This document shows, in pieces, positions 16,659-24,868 of a stretch of DNA of 32,609 nucleotides. The stretch is from the NCBI GenBank assembly GCA_902795745.1, contig CADBMG010000078.1, positions 1 to 32,609 on the forward strand, in the 5' to 3' direction. The notes below the pieces were generated by a model. It ran no database searches. It worked only from the letters and a program-made list of their open reading frames with translations, and had not been told where the DNA came from. The translations under genes were made by a program, and so were the position numbers. The stretch is from an uncultured Pseudomonadota bacterium (GTDB lineage: Bacteria > Pseudomonadota > Alphaproteobacteria > RF32 > CAG-239). Position 1 is the first letter of the stretch. Each line of letters begins with the position of its first letter.

Positions 16659-17746
16659 TGCGCGGATATATATTGAAAAGATTGCTATTGATTCCCTTCA
16701 CTCTGTGGGGAATAATAACGGTTAATTTTGCCATTATTCAATTGGCTCCGGGAGGACCTGTTGACTATATGTTGGCGCAATATCGCGGAATGAATACCGA
16801 TGCCAAATCGCAATTGACATCAAGTGTTGAAGCAAAGCAAAATGTGGTCAACGAATCGACAACAAGTGCAAAATATGTAGGAGCACAAGGGGTACCGGAA
16901 GACCTAATAAAAGCTCTGGAACAACAATTCGGCTTTGATAAACCGTGGTATATGCGTTACGGTAAAATGTTGAAAGACTATTTGCTGTTTGACTTTGGTA
17001 AAAGTTATTACCGCGATAAAACAATTTTGGAATTGATAAAAGAACGATTGCCTGTTTCGGTTTCACTGGGTTTGTGGTCAACTTTACTGATTTATCTTAT
17101 AGCCATTCCGCTCGGAATAAAAAAAGCACAAAAAGACGGCTCTAAATTTGATATTATCACTTCATTTGCCGTGGTAATCGGTTCGGCGATGCCGGTATTT
17201 TTGTTGGCGGTATTTTTTATTGTATTTTTTGCCGGCGGAATATATTGGCAATGGTTTCCGCTGAGAGGATTGGTAAGTGACAATTGGGATAATTTAAGTT
17301 TTTTGGCTCAAATTAAAGATTATTTTTGGCATATAACATTGCCGGTTTTAACCATGGTTATCGGTGGTTTCGCCGGTTTGACCATGCTGACGAAAAATTC
17401 TTTTCTTGATGAAATAAATAAGCAATATGTGCTGACAGCAAGGGCAAAAGGAGTACCGGAGAATCGTATTTTATACGGACATATTTTTCGCAATGCAATG
17501 TTGATTATTATTGCCGGATTTCCGTCATTGTTGATTAAAATGCTGTTTACCGGTTCATTGTTGATTGAGGTAATTTTTTCACTCAATGGCTTGGGACTGC
17601 TGGGGTATGAGGCAATAACAACGCGCGACTATCCGGTAGTTTTCGGTACGTTGTACATATTTGCATTGCTCGGATTGGTATTAAAACTTATCAGCGATAT
17701 TACATATTCGTTGGTTGATCCGCGGATTAATTTTGAAAAGATGTGA
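16658..17746 (+). CDS. yejB: ABC transporter permease (YejB/OppB-like).
   Basis: MRGYILKRLLLIPFTLWGIITVNF N-terminus, YVLTARAKGVPE (EAA loop region), and a C-terminal LVDPRI. There is a TAATG overlap with yejA and an AAGGAGAG SD. Confidence 0.85.
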   Translation: MRGYILKRLLLIPFTLWGIITVNFAIIQLAPGGPVDYMLAQYRGMNTDAKSQLTSSVEAKQNVVNESTTSAKYVGAQGVPEDLIKALEQQFGFDKPWYMRYGKMLKDYLLFDFGKSYYRDKTILELIKERLPVSVSLGLWSTLLIYLIAIPLGIKKAQKDGSKFDIITSFAVVIGSAMPVFLLAVFFIVFFAGGIYWQWFPLRGLVSDNWDNLSFLAQIKDYFWHITLPVLTMVIGGFAGLTMLTKNSFLDEINKQYVLTARAKGVPENRILYGHIFRNAMLIIIAGFPSLLIKMLFTGSLLIEVIFSLNGLGLLGYEAITTRDYPVVFGTLYIFALLGLVLKLISDITYSLVDPRINFEKM

Positions 17747-17794
17747 TTTTTATAAATTGCCATATTTATCATAGAAGAAAATTGTGTCAAAAAC

Positions 17795-17829
17795 AAGGTG
17801 TTCATTTTGAGCTGAACACCTTATTTTTT
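17795..17829. terminator. Bidirectional rho-independent terminator between yejB (+) and the 174-aa orphan gene (-).
   Basis: AAGGTGTTCA (17795-17804) / TGAACACCTT (17813-17822), a perfect 10-bp stem with an 8-nt loop. T-runs are present on both strands. It overlaps the stop codon of the minus-strand gene. Confidence 0.7.
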
Positions 17830-18326
17830 CCCTCAAATTGGGCAAGATATATCTCGGCCAATTTTTCTTTTTCGTTCCATTTGCCGTCGACTTTCATCAG
17901 CCAACGTTCTACTCCGCTGTTGGCGACAGTAGCTCGTGGATTTTCGGCAAAAGCCTTGATATGTTTGAACATATCTTCCGCACCGTCGCAACCGACGGCT
18001 ACACGGCAGAGATTTTCTGCCATTTCCGGTACCAAACTCCAACGCTTGATAGCAATGAAGACGACATCGGATGCCAGCGCATTGTTCATGTACTCAAACA
18101 TAATTGCAAGAGCACTGTTGAAAGGAGGATACTTTTGGTAGTACTCCTTGGCAAAATCGGCTGCTTCGGTTTCATTAGCGCAAACAGCTTTTGCTAAGGC
18201 CTGCTCTTCATTTTCACTGAGGACATCCACGAATGCGGTTTCGCTGTTTTCGGATAAACGGCGATAAAAAACCTGAGCTCGCAATTCCTTGAATTGTCCG
18301 CTCGTTATCAAATCCATATACTCCAT
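17802..18326 (-). CDS. Hypothetical acidic cytoplasmic protein with no family recognised.
   Basis: 174-aa ORF with a consensus promoter 20-50 nt upstream and a terminator at its stop. Hand counts give about 45-55% GC, above the host background. There is no clear SD at the first ATG. A second ATG three codons further in follows GGAG. Confidence 0.6.
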   Translation of the reverse strand: MEYMDLITSGQFKELRAQVFYRRLSENSETAFVDVLSENEEQALAKAVCANETEAADFAKEYYQKYPPFNSALAIMFEYMNNALASDVVFIAIKRWSLVPEMAENLCRVAVGCDGAEDMFKHIKAFAENPRATVANSGVERWLMKVDGKWNEKEKLAEIYLAQFEGKNKVFSSK

Positions 18327-18352
18327 ATATTTAAATAATTAAAAATCATCTC

Positions 18353-18381
18353 ATTATACATAAACTTTGCGGTTTTGTCAA
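18353..18381 (-). promoter_or_regulatory. Perfect-consensus sigma70 promoter on the minus strand, upstream of the 174-aa orphan gene.
   Basis: The minus strand reads TTGACA (18381-18376), a 17-nt spacer, then TATAAT (18358-18353). Confidence 0.5.
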
Positions 18382-18412
18382 TATATGTAATCGGTTGTGT
18401 TAAAACAAATTT

Positions 18413-19789
18413 TTAATCCACCTTGTGGCGCACCACCTCAAAACGAGATAATTTTATATCCTCACTTTCAGCAATACCGGCTTTCTGTTTAGCTATCACT
18501 ATTTGTTGTTGCGGCGTATCAACTCCTTCTATATCCGGCAAAAGCAGACCGCGCCTATTACCGTTTTCGACAATTACACCGTATTTTTTAGCATTCAGCT
18601 CGGCAATAGAAGAAACAGGCTCTGCCGGCATTAAAATATCGACACTATACACCAGCTCGCTGAGTTCGTATGCCCGCACCGGCTCAAAGCGAGGGTCACG
18701 AGAACAGGCCGCAACGGCATTTTGCATAATTTCAGCAGCCAAGCAATTTTGTGCGGCATTGATTGTACCAATACAACCACGCAAAATTCCGCGCTTTTTT
18801 ATAGAAACAAATGCTCCGGCGCGGGCAAAAAGCATCTCTGTCGGCAAAGAAATATTTAACGGCATTTTTTTACTTGTAACATATGTTTCAACTGTTTGTC
18901 TTGCCAACTGCACATACGCATCTTCTTTTTGCCGCATTTTTTCAAGTTCAGCTAAATATTGCGTTCCGAAATGGCGTGTTTTGTCTTCGCTACCGACTGC
19001 AAATTGTGCTACACCATAGCCAACACCGAACGGTCCTTCATAAGAGAGTAATTTAGCTTTAACCTTTTTGCCATCCAATGCACCGGCCATAATCACAAAC
19101 GAGCGATGTCCGCACTCTGAGGCAGCTTCGCATAATTGCGGAGACATATTCAACATAGTCATAAAGTCGGCATTTTGCAAAACGGATGTGATTTTTTGAT
19201 CATAGATAGGACCTTCTTTTACGAAACCGTACGGACCGTTTGCCGATAGTTTGTGCGACAAATCACCGCTGGCGATGATTACAGTGCGGCGGTTCAACTT
19301 ATCAGCGGTTAGGGCAATTAATCTTCCCAATTCGTAGTGATGCAATAAACTTAAATCTGAAAGACCTATGCGTACAACTTGGTATTTTGAGTACGCCTCA
19401 TCAAAAAAATGTAACGGAATAAATGTGCCATGATCAAGAGAAGCGTCTTGCTCTCCTGATGTGCCGCAAGGAAAATCGAATCGTCGGCAAATTTGCTCCA
19501 AACAGCTGACAAATTCTTTGTCATAATCACAACGGAGTGTTACATCCGGGGCGTTAAAACGTGCCATATTGCCGGTGGCTTCGCTATGAGGCGAAACATG
19601 GAAATAGTCACGATACATTACGCTGTGAGGACTGATAATCACTACTGTTTCCGGCTTATAAGCGGCTAAAAATTTCATAGCTTTTTTATAAGCTTTAATT
19701 GTATTTTTGATTTTTTGCTCTTCGCCTTTGCCTATTTGCGGTAAAATAAGCGGCGGGTGCGGTACGGAAACAGCAGCTAAAATTGACAT
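18413..19789 (-). CDS. Fusion protein with an N-terminal class III extradiol dioxygenase subunit-B-like/Memo-like (LigB superfamily) domain and a C-terminal AMMECR1 domain.
   Basis: The N-terminus has SVPHPPLILPQIG...VVIISPHS...ASGDLSH (LigB/Memo-type His ligand pattern). The C-terminus has GAFVSIKKRGILRGCIGTI and ACSRDPRFEPV (AMMECR1 LRGCIG and DPRF motifs). The start is set at the ATG after a GGGAGA SD; the track ORF extends to 19819. Confidence 0.8.
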   Translation of the reverse strand: MSILAAVSVPHPPLILPQIGKGEEQKIKNTIKAYKKAMKFLAAYKPETVVIISPHSVMYRDYFHVSPHSEATGNMARFNAPDVTLRCDYDKEFVSCLEQICRRFDFPCGTSGEQDASLDHGTFIPLHFFDEAYSKYQVVRIGLSDLSLLHHYELGRLIALTADKLNRRTVIIASGDLSHKLSANGPYGFVKEGPIYDQKITSVLQNADFMTMLNMSPQLCEAASECGHRSFVIMAGALDGKKVKAKLLSYEGPFGVGYGVAQFAVGSEDKTRHFGTQYLAELEKMRQKEDAYVQLARQTVETYVTSKKMPLNISLPTEMLFARAGAFVSIKKRGILRGCIGTINAAQNCLAAEIMQNAVAACSRDPRFEPVRAYELSELVYSVDILMPAEPVSSIAELNAKKYGVIVENGNRRGLLLPDIEGVDTPQQQIVIAKQKAGIAESEDIKLSRFEVVRHKVD

Positions 19790-19889
19790 GTATTTCTCCC
19801 TAAAATGTATTTGTGACAATGTTACTCTTAAATATTTAAGTTTTTATTTAGTTTAATACGAGTAAATCAAATTACTCTTTCGTTATTTA

Positions 19890-19918
19890 TTGACATCGTA
19901 AAATCAATAAGATATGAA
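19890..19918 (+). promoter_or_regulatory. Candidate promoter for truB-rpsO.
   Basis: TTGACA (19890-19895), 17-nt spacer, TATGAA (19913-19918). Confidence 0.3.
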
Positions 19919-19946
19919 TATTGCAGTAATTTTTTAAGGATAAAAG

Positions 19947-20885
19947 ATGAAGCAAAAAAAGAGAGAGGATGTTGACGGTTGGCTCATAATCGACAAACCT
20001 AAGGGAATGGGGTCTACTGAGGTGGTGGGTAAAACCCGTTGGTTATTAAACGCCAACAAAAACGGACATACCGGAACTCTTGACCCTTTTGCTACCGGAG
20101 TGTTGCCGATTGCTTTCGGTGAAGCAACAAAGCTGGTTCCTTTTGTTACCGAGGGTGAAAAGGAATATGAATTTGTCATTAAATGGGGTGAACAAACTTC
20201 GACTGATGATATTGAAGGAGAAGTGGTTGCTCGTAGTTCAAAAATTCCGAATCGTGAGGAAATTATTGCTGCATTGCCTTGTTTTATCGGTACAATAACT
20301 CAAATACCGCCGATATATTCTGCCATAAAAATTAACGGACAGCAGGCATACAAGTTGGCGCGCAAAGGACAAAATGTTGATATGCCGCCACGACAGGTGG
20401 AAATATATGCCTTGGAATTATTGGAAATAGGAACCGATACGGCTAAATTTCGCGTTAAATGTTCCAAAGGTACATATGTGCGTACATTGGGGCGCGATTT
20501 AGCGATAAAATTGGGAACAGTAGGGCATTTAATTGAGCTAAGACGCACAAAATGTGGAATTTTTGATCTGAATTCAAAAATTTTACTGGATTCTTTGGAA
20601 AAAATGGAGTATGTAGAAGAACGACGGAAGTTTCTTTTGCCGATTGAAACGTCTCTGCGCGACATCGCGGAGATTGCTGTTTCGGCAGAAGATGCTCTCA
20701 AACTAATGCACGGACAGGGGCTGTCTCCAAAGGGTTTTGACATTCAACCGTCAGAAAATCCGGTAGCAGCCAAGTTTGGGGATTGTTTGATTGCGTTGGT
20801 GCGAATTGATGAACGCAAAATTTCACCGATTCGTGTGTTTAACTTAAATAAAATAAAGGAAAAAACAGATGTCGATAACAAATGA
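19947..20885 (+). CDS. truB: tRNA pseudouridine(55) synthase.
   Basis: [23 protein letters not shown] (catalytic Asp motif), [27 protein letters not shown]. Confidence 0.95.
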   Translation: MKQKKREDVDGWLIIDKPKGMGSTEVVGKTRWLLNANKNGHTGTLDPFATGVLPIAFGEATKLVPFVTEGEKEYEFVIKWGEQTSTDDIEGEVVARSSKIPNREEIIAALPCFIGTITQIPPIYSAIKINGQQAYKLARKGQNVDMPPRQVEIYALELLEIGTDTAKFRVKCSKGTYVRTLGRDLAIKLGTVGHLIELRRTKCGIFDLNSKILLDSLEKMEYVEERRKFLLPIETSLRDIAEIAVSAEDALKLMHGQGLSPKGFDIQPSENPVAAKFGDCLIALVRIDERKISPIRVFNLNKIKEKTDVDNK

Positions 20886-21138
20886 AGTAAAAAAAGAAAT
20901 TGTTGCTAAATATGGTAATTCCGCAACCGATACCGGTTCGCCGGAAGTTCAAATTGCTATTTGGACATATCGTATTAATGCTTTGATTGAACACTTTAAT
21001 GTTCATAAAAAAGATTTACACTCTCGCTTAGGTTTGATGAAGATGGTAAGCCGTCGTCGTCACTTGCTGGACCACTTAAAGAAAACCAGCGAAGAGAGAT
21101 ACCAAGCAATTGTGAAAAAACTTGATTTGCGTAAGTAA
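20869..21138 (+). CDS. rpsO: 30S ribosomal protein S15.
   Basis: [37 protein letters not shown]...[11 protein letters not shown]. Length 89 aa. It overlaps truB by 17 nt. Confidence 0.95.
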   Translation: MSITNEVKKEIVAKYGNSATDTGSPEVQIAIWTYRINALIEHFNVHKKDLHSRLGLMKMVSRRRHLLDHLKKTSEERYQAIVKKLDLRK

Positions 21139-21145
21139 TAACATT

Positions 21146-21173
21146 GGGGCGGTAAAGATGGCTTTGCTGCCCC
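21146..21173 (+). promoter_or_regulatory. Stem-loop in the rpsO-pnp intergenic region, a candidate attenuator or RNase III-type processing hairpin of the pnp leader.
   Basis: GGGGCGGTAAAG-atgg-CTTTGCTGCCCC: a 12-bp stem including 2 G-U pairs, 7 nt after the rpsO stop. No U-run follows. Confidence 0.45.
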
Positions 21174-21263
21174 GCAAAAATCCTAAGCTCTCTGTTTTGA
21201 AAGTTTGGGTGCGGAAAAAGATGAATGGAAAAAGAAGAATTTTTTAGAAAGGAAAGAAAATAG

Positions 21264-23381
21264 ATGATAGATTTTAAAATTAGTCGTAAAGAGATGAATT
21301 GGGGAGGCCGTGAATTAGTATTAGAAACGGGCAAAATTGCTCGTCAGGCAACAGGTGCCGTAATGGCTACATACGGAGAAACAATGGTTTTAGCAACTGT
21401 GGTTGCGGCAAAAGAGGCTAAACCGGATCAGGATTTCTTTCCTTTAACAGTAAATTATCAGGAAAAATATTATGCTACCGGTAAAATTCCGGGGGGCTTT
21501 AACAAACGTGAAGGTAAACCGTCGGAGCGTGAAATCTTAATTTCTCGCTTGATTGACAGACCGATTCGCCCGCTATTTCCTGATGCATTTAAAAATGAAG
21601 TGCAAATTGTTTGCACTGTACTATCCCATGACCAGAAAAACGATTCTGACGTAGTATCAATGATTGCCGCCTCAGCTGCATTAGCAGTTTCCGGTATTCC
21701 GTTTATGGGACCGGTCGGTGCTGCTAAAGTGGGTTATCACAAAGGTAAGTACATCTTAAACCCGACAATAGAACAACAACAGTCTTCGGAATTGGAATTG
21801 ACGGTTGCCGGTACCAAAGAGGGTGTTTTAATGGTAGAATCGGAAGCACAAGAACTCTCCGAGGAAACAATGCTTGGCGCAGTTATGTTCGGTTTTGAAA
21901 GTTTTCAACCGGTTATTGAATTGATTGAACAATTGGCAGCCGAAGCTGGTAAAGAAAAATGGGAAGAGCCGAAGTTTCCGGAAGAATATGATGCTTTGAG
22001 TTCGCGTATTATGAATGAATACGGTGCACGATATGAACAGGCATTCAGCATTACCGATAAGCAACAGCGCGGCGATATGCTCGGAGCTTTGTCCGAAGAG
22101 ATTAAAGCGACGATTGATCCGGAAAATGAATTGGAAAATCGTTATGTCGGTGATGCTATTGAAAACGTTATGCATCACACTATGCGTGAAAAAGTTTTAT
22201 CTACCGGTCATCGTATTGATGGTCGCGATACTAAAACGGTTCGCCCAATCAGCTGTGAAGTAGCGGTTTTGCCGGAAGCTCATGGTTCCGCGCTATTTAC
22301 TCGCGGAGAAACGCAGGCAATGGTTGTAACTACATTAGGTACGCCGGAAGATTCACAGTTGGTGGACGGTTTATTCCCTGAGTATAAGCAAGATTTTATG
22401 CTCTATTATAACTTCCCTCCGTTTTCGGTAGGCGAATGCGGACGCTTGGGAACACCGGGACGTCGTGAAATCGGTCACGGTAAATTGGCATGGCGCGCAA
22501 TTCATCCGATGTTACCGAAAGATAAAGAGGTTTTCCCTTATTCTCTACGTGTTGTATCCGATATTATGGAATCAAACGGTTCTTCGTCTATGGCTACGGT
22601 ATGCGGTACGTGTCTGTCTCTTATGGATGCCGGTGTGCCGATGAAAAAGCCTGTTGCCGGTATTGCTATGGGATTAATCAAAGAAGATGACGGTCGTGTA
22701 GCAATTTTGACTGATATTTTGGGCGATGAAGATCATCTCGGGGATATGGACTTTAAAGTTGCCGGTACCAAAGATGGTGTAACCGCTTTGCAAATGGATA
22801 TAAAAATCACCTCCATTACCAAAGAGATTATGCAAAATGCCTTGGCTCAGGCACATGAAGGACGTATTCATATTTTAGGCGAAATGGCTAAGGCTATTGC
22901 CGAACCGCGTCCTGAGATTTCACCGAAAGCTCCGCGTATTCATACAATGAAGATTCCTACAGATAAGATTCGTGAAGTTATCGGTACGGGCGGTAAAGTT
23001 ATTCGTGAGATTATCGAAAAGACTAATACAAAGATTGAAATCGAAGATGACGGTACGGTTTTGATTGCTTCCAATAATAACGAAAATTGCCAGAAGGCCA
23101 TTGACATTATTATGGACATTGTTGCCGAGCCGGAAGTTGGTCACGTTTATAAAGGTACTATTACCAAAATTATGGACTTTGGTGCATTTGTCCGTTTTGT
23201 GGGACAAACCGAAGGTTTAGTACATATTTCCGAGATTAAAAATGAGCGTATAGCCTCGGTTTGCGACTTCTATAAAGAAGGTGACACAATTTGGGTTAAA
23301 TGTTTGGGCACTGACAGCCGCGGCAAAATTAAGCTTTCGGCAAAGTGTGTTGACCAAGAAACCGGAAAGGAAATTGAATAG
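21264..23381 (+). CDS. pnp: Polyribonucleotide nucleotidyltransferase (PNPase).
   Basis: [14 protein letters not shown], two RNase PH domains, KH ([11 protein letters not shown]) and S1 ([18 protein letters not shown]) domains. Length 705 aa. Confidence 0.97.
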   Translation: MIDFKISRKEMNWGGRELVLETGKIARQATGAVMATYGETMVLATVVAAKEAKPDQDFFPLTVNYQEKYYATGKIPGGFNKREGKPSEREILISRLIDRPIRPLFPDAFKNEVQIVCTVLSHDQKNDSDVVSMIAASAALAVSGIPFMGPVGAAKVGYHKGKYILNPTIEQQQSSELELTVAGTKEGVLMVESEAQELSEETMLGAVMFGFESFQPVIELIEQLAAEAGKEKWEEPKFPEEYDALSSRIMNEYGARYEQAFSITDKQQRGDMLGALSEEIKATIDPENELENRYVGDAIENVMHHTMREKVLSTGHRIDGRDTKTVRPISCEVAVLPEAHGSALFTRGETQAMVVTTLGTPEDSQLVDGLFPEYKQDFMLYYNFPPFSVGECGRLGTPGRREIGHGKLAWRAIHPMLPKDKEVFPYSLRVVSDIMESNGSSSMATVCGTCLSLMDAGVPMKKPVAGIAMGLIKEDDGRVAILTDILGDEDHLGDMDFKVAGTKDGVTALQMDIKITSITKEIMQNALAQAHEGRIHILGEMAKAIAEPRPEISPKAPRIHTMKIPTDKIREVIGTGGKVIREIIEKTNTKIEIEDDGTVLIASNNNENCQKAIDIIMDIVAEPEVGHVYKGTITKIMDFGAFVRFVGQTEGLVHISEIKNERIASVCDFYKEGDTIWVKCLGTDSRGKIKLSAKCVDQETGKEIE

Positions 23382-23403
23382 TAGATATTTTCTTTTGCAA
23401 AAG

Positions 23404-23440
23404 AAAAATCCCTTCTTGATTTGTTCAAGAAGGGATTTTT
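23404..23440. terminator. Bidirectional rho-independent terminator between pnp (+) and the ACP-like gene (-).
   Basis: AAAAATCCCTTCTTGA (23404-23419) / TCAAGAAGGGATTTTT (23425-23440), a perfect 16-bp stem with a 5-nt loop. Confidence 0.8.
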
Positions 23441-23441
23441 G

Positions 23442-23702
23442 TTAGCGAATGAACGGCGAATGATGCACGGCGTAGTTAACATAGTCGCCGATAGTTTTGA
23501 GATTTGAAATATCATCTTCTTTGAGAGATATTCCAAATGCTTTTTCAAACTCGATGGTAAACTGAACTTGATCCAAGGAGTCAAACAGAGCATCGTGCAG
23601 CTTGGTGTGCTCAGTTACGTTCTCAGTTACCAATGTAATACTTCCGGCGTGCAAAATTTCCTCGATCTTGTTCATCGCCTGTTTTTTGGTTATTTTTTTC
23701 AT
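23442..23702 (-). CDS. Stand-alone acyl carrier protein-like (phosphopantetheine-attachment) protein.
   Basis: LFDSLDQVQFTIEFEKAFGISL has the DSLD Ser attachment motif with the expected spacing. The start is uncertain. The first ATG is at 23702, the track opens at a TTG at 23708, and an internal ATG at 23675 would give a typical 77-aa ACP. Confidence 0.7.
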   Translation of the reverse strand: MKKITKKQAMNKIEEILHAGSITLVTENVTEHTKLHDALFDSLDQVQFTIEFEKAFGISLKEDDISNLKTIGDYVNYAVHHSPFIR

Positions 23703-23789
23703 AAGCAAATATATATATTAATAATAAAATAATTGCCTTTCAATATGCGGCAAGATAATCATGGTGTCAAGAGTAAAAATGTGTGATTT

Positions 23790-23819
23790 TTGCAATAATA
23801 GTGCTTGCAGTCCTATAAT
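23790..23819 (+). promoter_or_regulatory. Candidate promoter for the dksA-led gene chain.
   Basis: TTGCAA (23790-23795), 18-nt spacer, TATAAT (23814-23819). An overlapping alternative is TTGCAG-17nt-TAAAAT just downstream. Confidence 0.35.
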
Positions 23820-23869
23820 ATTATTGGTAAAATCATCTTAATATATGTATTAGCAACAGGAGATAAATA

Positions 23870-24295
23870 ATGACAACGTCTATTGTATTACCACCGGACT
23901 ATAAACCGTCGGCAGATGAAGAATATATGAACGATATGCAATTAGAATATTTTCGTCAGAAATTAATTAATTGGAAAAAATCAATCGTATCACAATCGGC
24001 AGATACGTTAGAAGATTTGCGTCAGGGCGGTTTGAGCCAACCTGATGACATTGACCGTGCATCACTTGAAACCGACAAGGCTCTTGATTTGCGCACCAAA
24101 GACCGTATTCGTAAGTTGATTACAAAAATTGACGAAGCATTGGATAGAATAGAGGAAGGTACATACGGTTATTGTGAGGAAACCGGAGAGCCGATAGGTA
24201 TTGAACGTTTGGAAGCAAGGCCGGTTGCCACTCTTTCAATTGAAGCGCAAGAACGTCATGAACGTATGGAAAAAACTTTTGATGATGAAGCATAA
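23870..24295 (+). CDS. dksA: RNA polymerase-binding transcription factor DksA (variant with one Cys, lacking the 4-Cys zinc finger).
   Basis: Coiled-coil tip DDIDRASLETD (DxxDxA) and GTYGYCEETGEPIGIERLEARPVATLSIEAQ. Only the first of the four E. coli zinc-finger Cys positions is retained. Confidence 0.9.
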   Translation: MTTSIVLPPDYKPSADEEYMNDMQLEYFRQKLINWKKSIVSQSADTLEDLRQGGLSQPDDIDRASLETDKALDLRTKDRIRKLITKIDEALDRIEEGTYGYCEETGEPIGIERLEARPVATLSIEAQERHERMEKTFDDEA

Positions 24296-24868
24296 ATGAC
24301 AGAAATCAAAGACTATATTTTAGCTTCCGGATCGCCGCAACGAATTGCTTTGTTGCGGCAAGTTGCTTATGAACCGAAAGAAATTTTGCCGGCAGATATT
24401 TGTGAAGATTGTCTGCTTTATGAAAAGGCTTTGCCGTATGTGCGGCGTATGGCGCAAGAAAAAGCTCGTCATGTGGCATCTTTGCGACCTAATGAAAATA
24501 TTTTGGCTTGCGATACGGTAGTGGTTGCAGGGCAAAAGATTTTGCATAAATCAAAGAATGATGACGAACAGCGTGCAGTTATGCAAATGCTTTCGGGAAA
24601 AACGCATAGAGTAATCAGTTCGGTATGTTTGATTAATAAAAATGGTAAGCTTTCGCAACGTACAGTGAGCACTAAAATAACCATGAAATTATTAACACCG
24701 CAGGAAATAGAAGATTATGTTGCTTGTGGCGAGTGGCACAATGTTTGCGGCTATAAAATTGAAGGCAAATTGGCCGGCTATGTAAAACGAATGGTCGGTT
24801 CATATTCCGGAGTGGTGGGCTTGCCGCTGTATGAAACATTGAGTATATTAAAAGGAGAGGGAATCTAA
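24296..24868 (+). CDS. maf: Maf-family nucleoside triphosphate pyrophosphatase.
   Basis: ILASGSPQRIALL N-terminal motif, ACDTVV, GKTHRVISSV, and C-terminal AGYKIEG...VVGLPL. Confidence 0.9.
   Translation: MTEIKDYILASGSPQRIALLRQVAYEPKEILPADICEDCLLYEKALPYVRRMAQEKARHVASLRPNENILACDTVVVAGQKILHKSKNDDEQRAVMQMLSGKTHRVISSVCLINKNGKLSQRTVSTKITMKLLTPQEIEDYVACGEWHNVCGYKIEGKLAGYVKRMVGSYSGVVGLPLYETLSILKGEGI

Noticed and set aside
18423-19019. 198-aa plus-strand ORF antisense to the AMMECR1 domain region.
   Set aside because: It overlaps the strongly motif-supported minus-strand gene. Its Ser/Cys/Ala-rich, low-information sequence is attributable to the locally raised GC.
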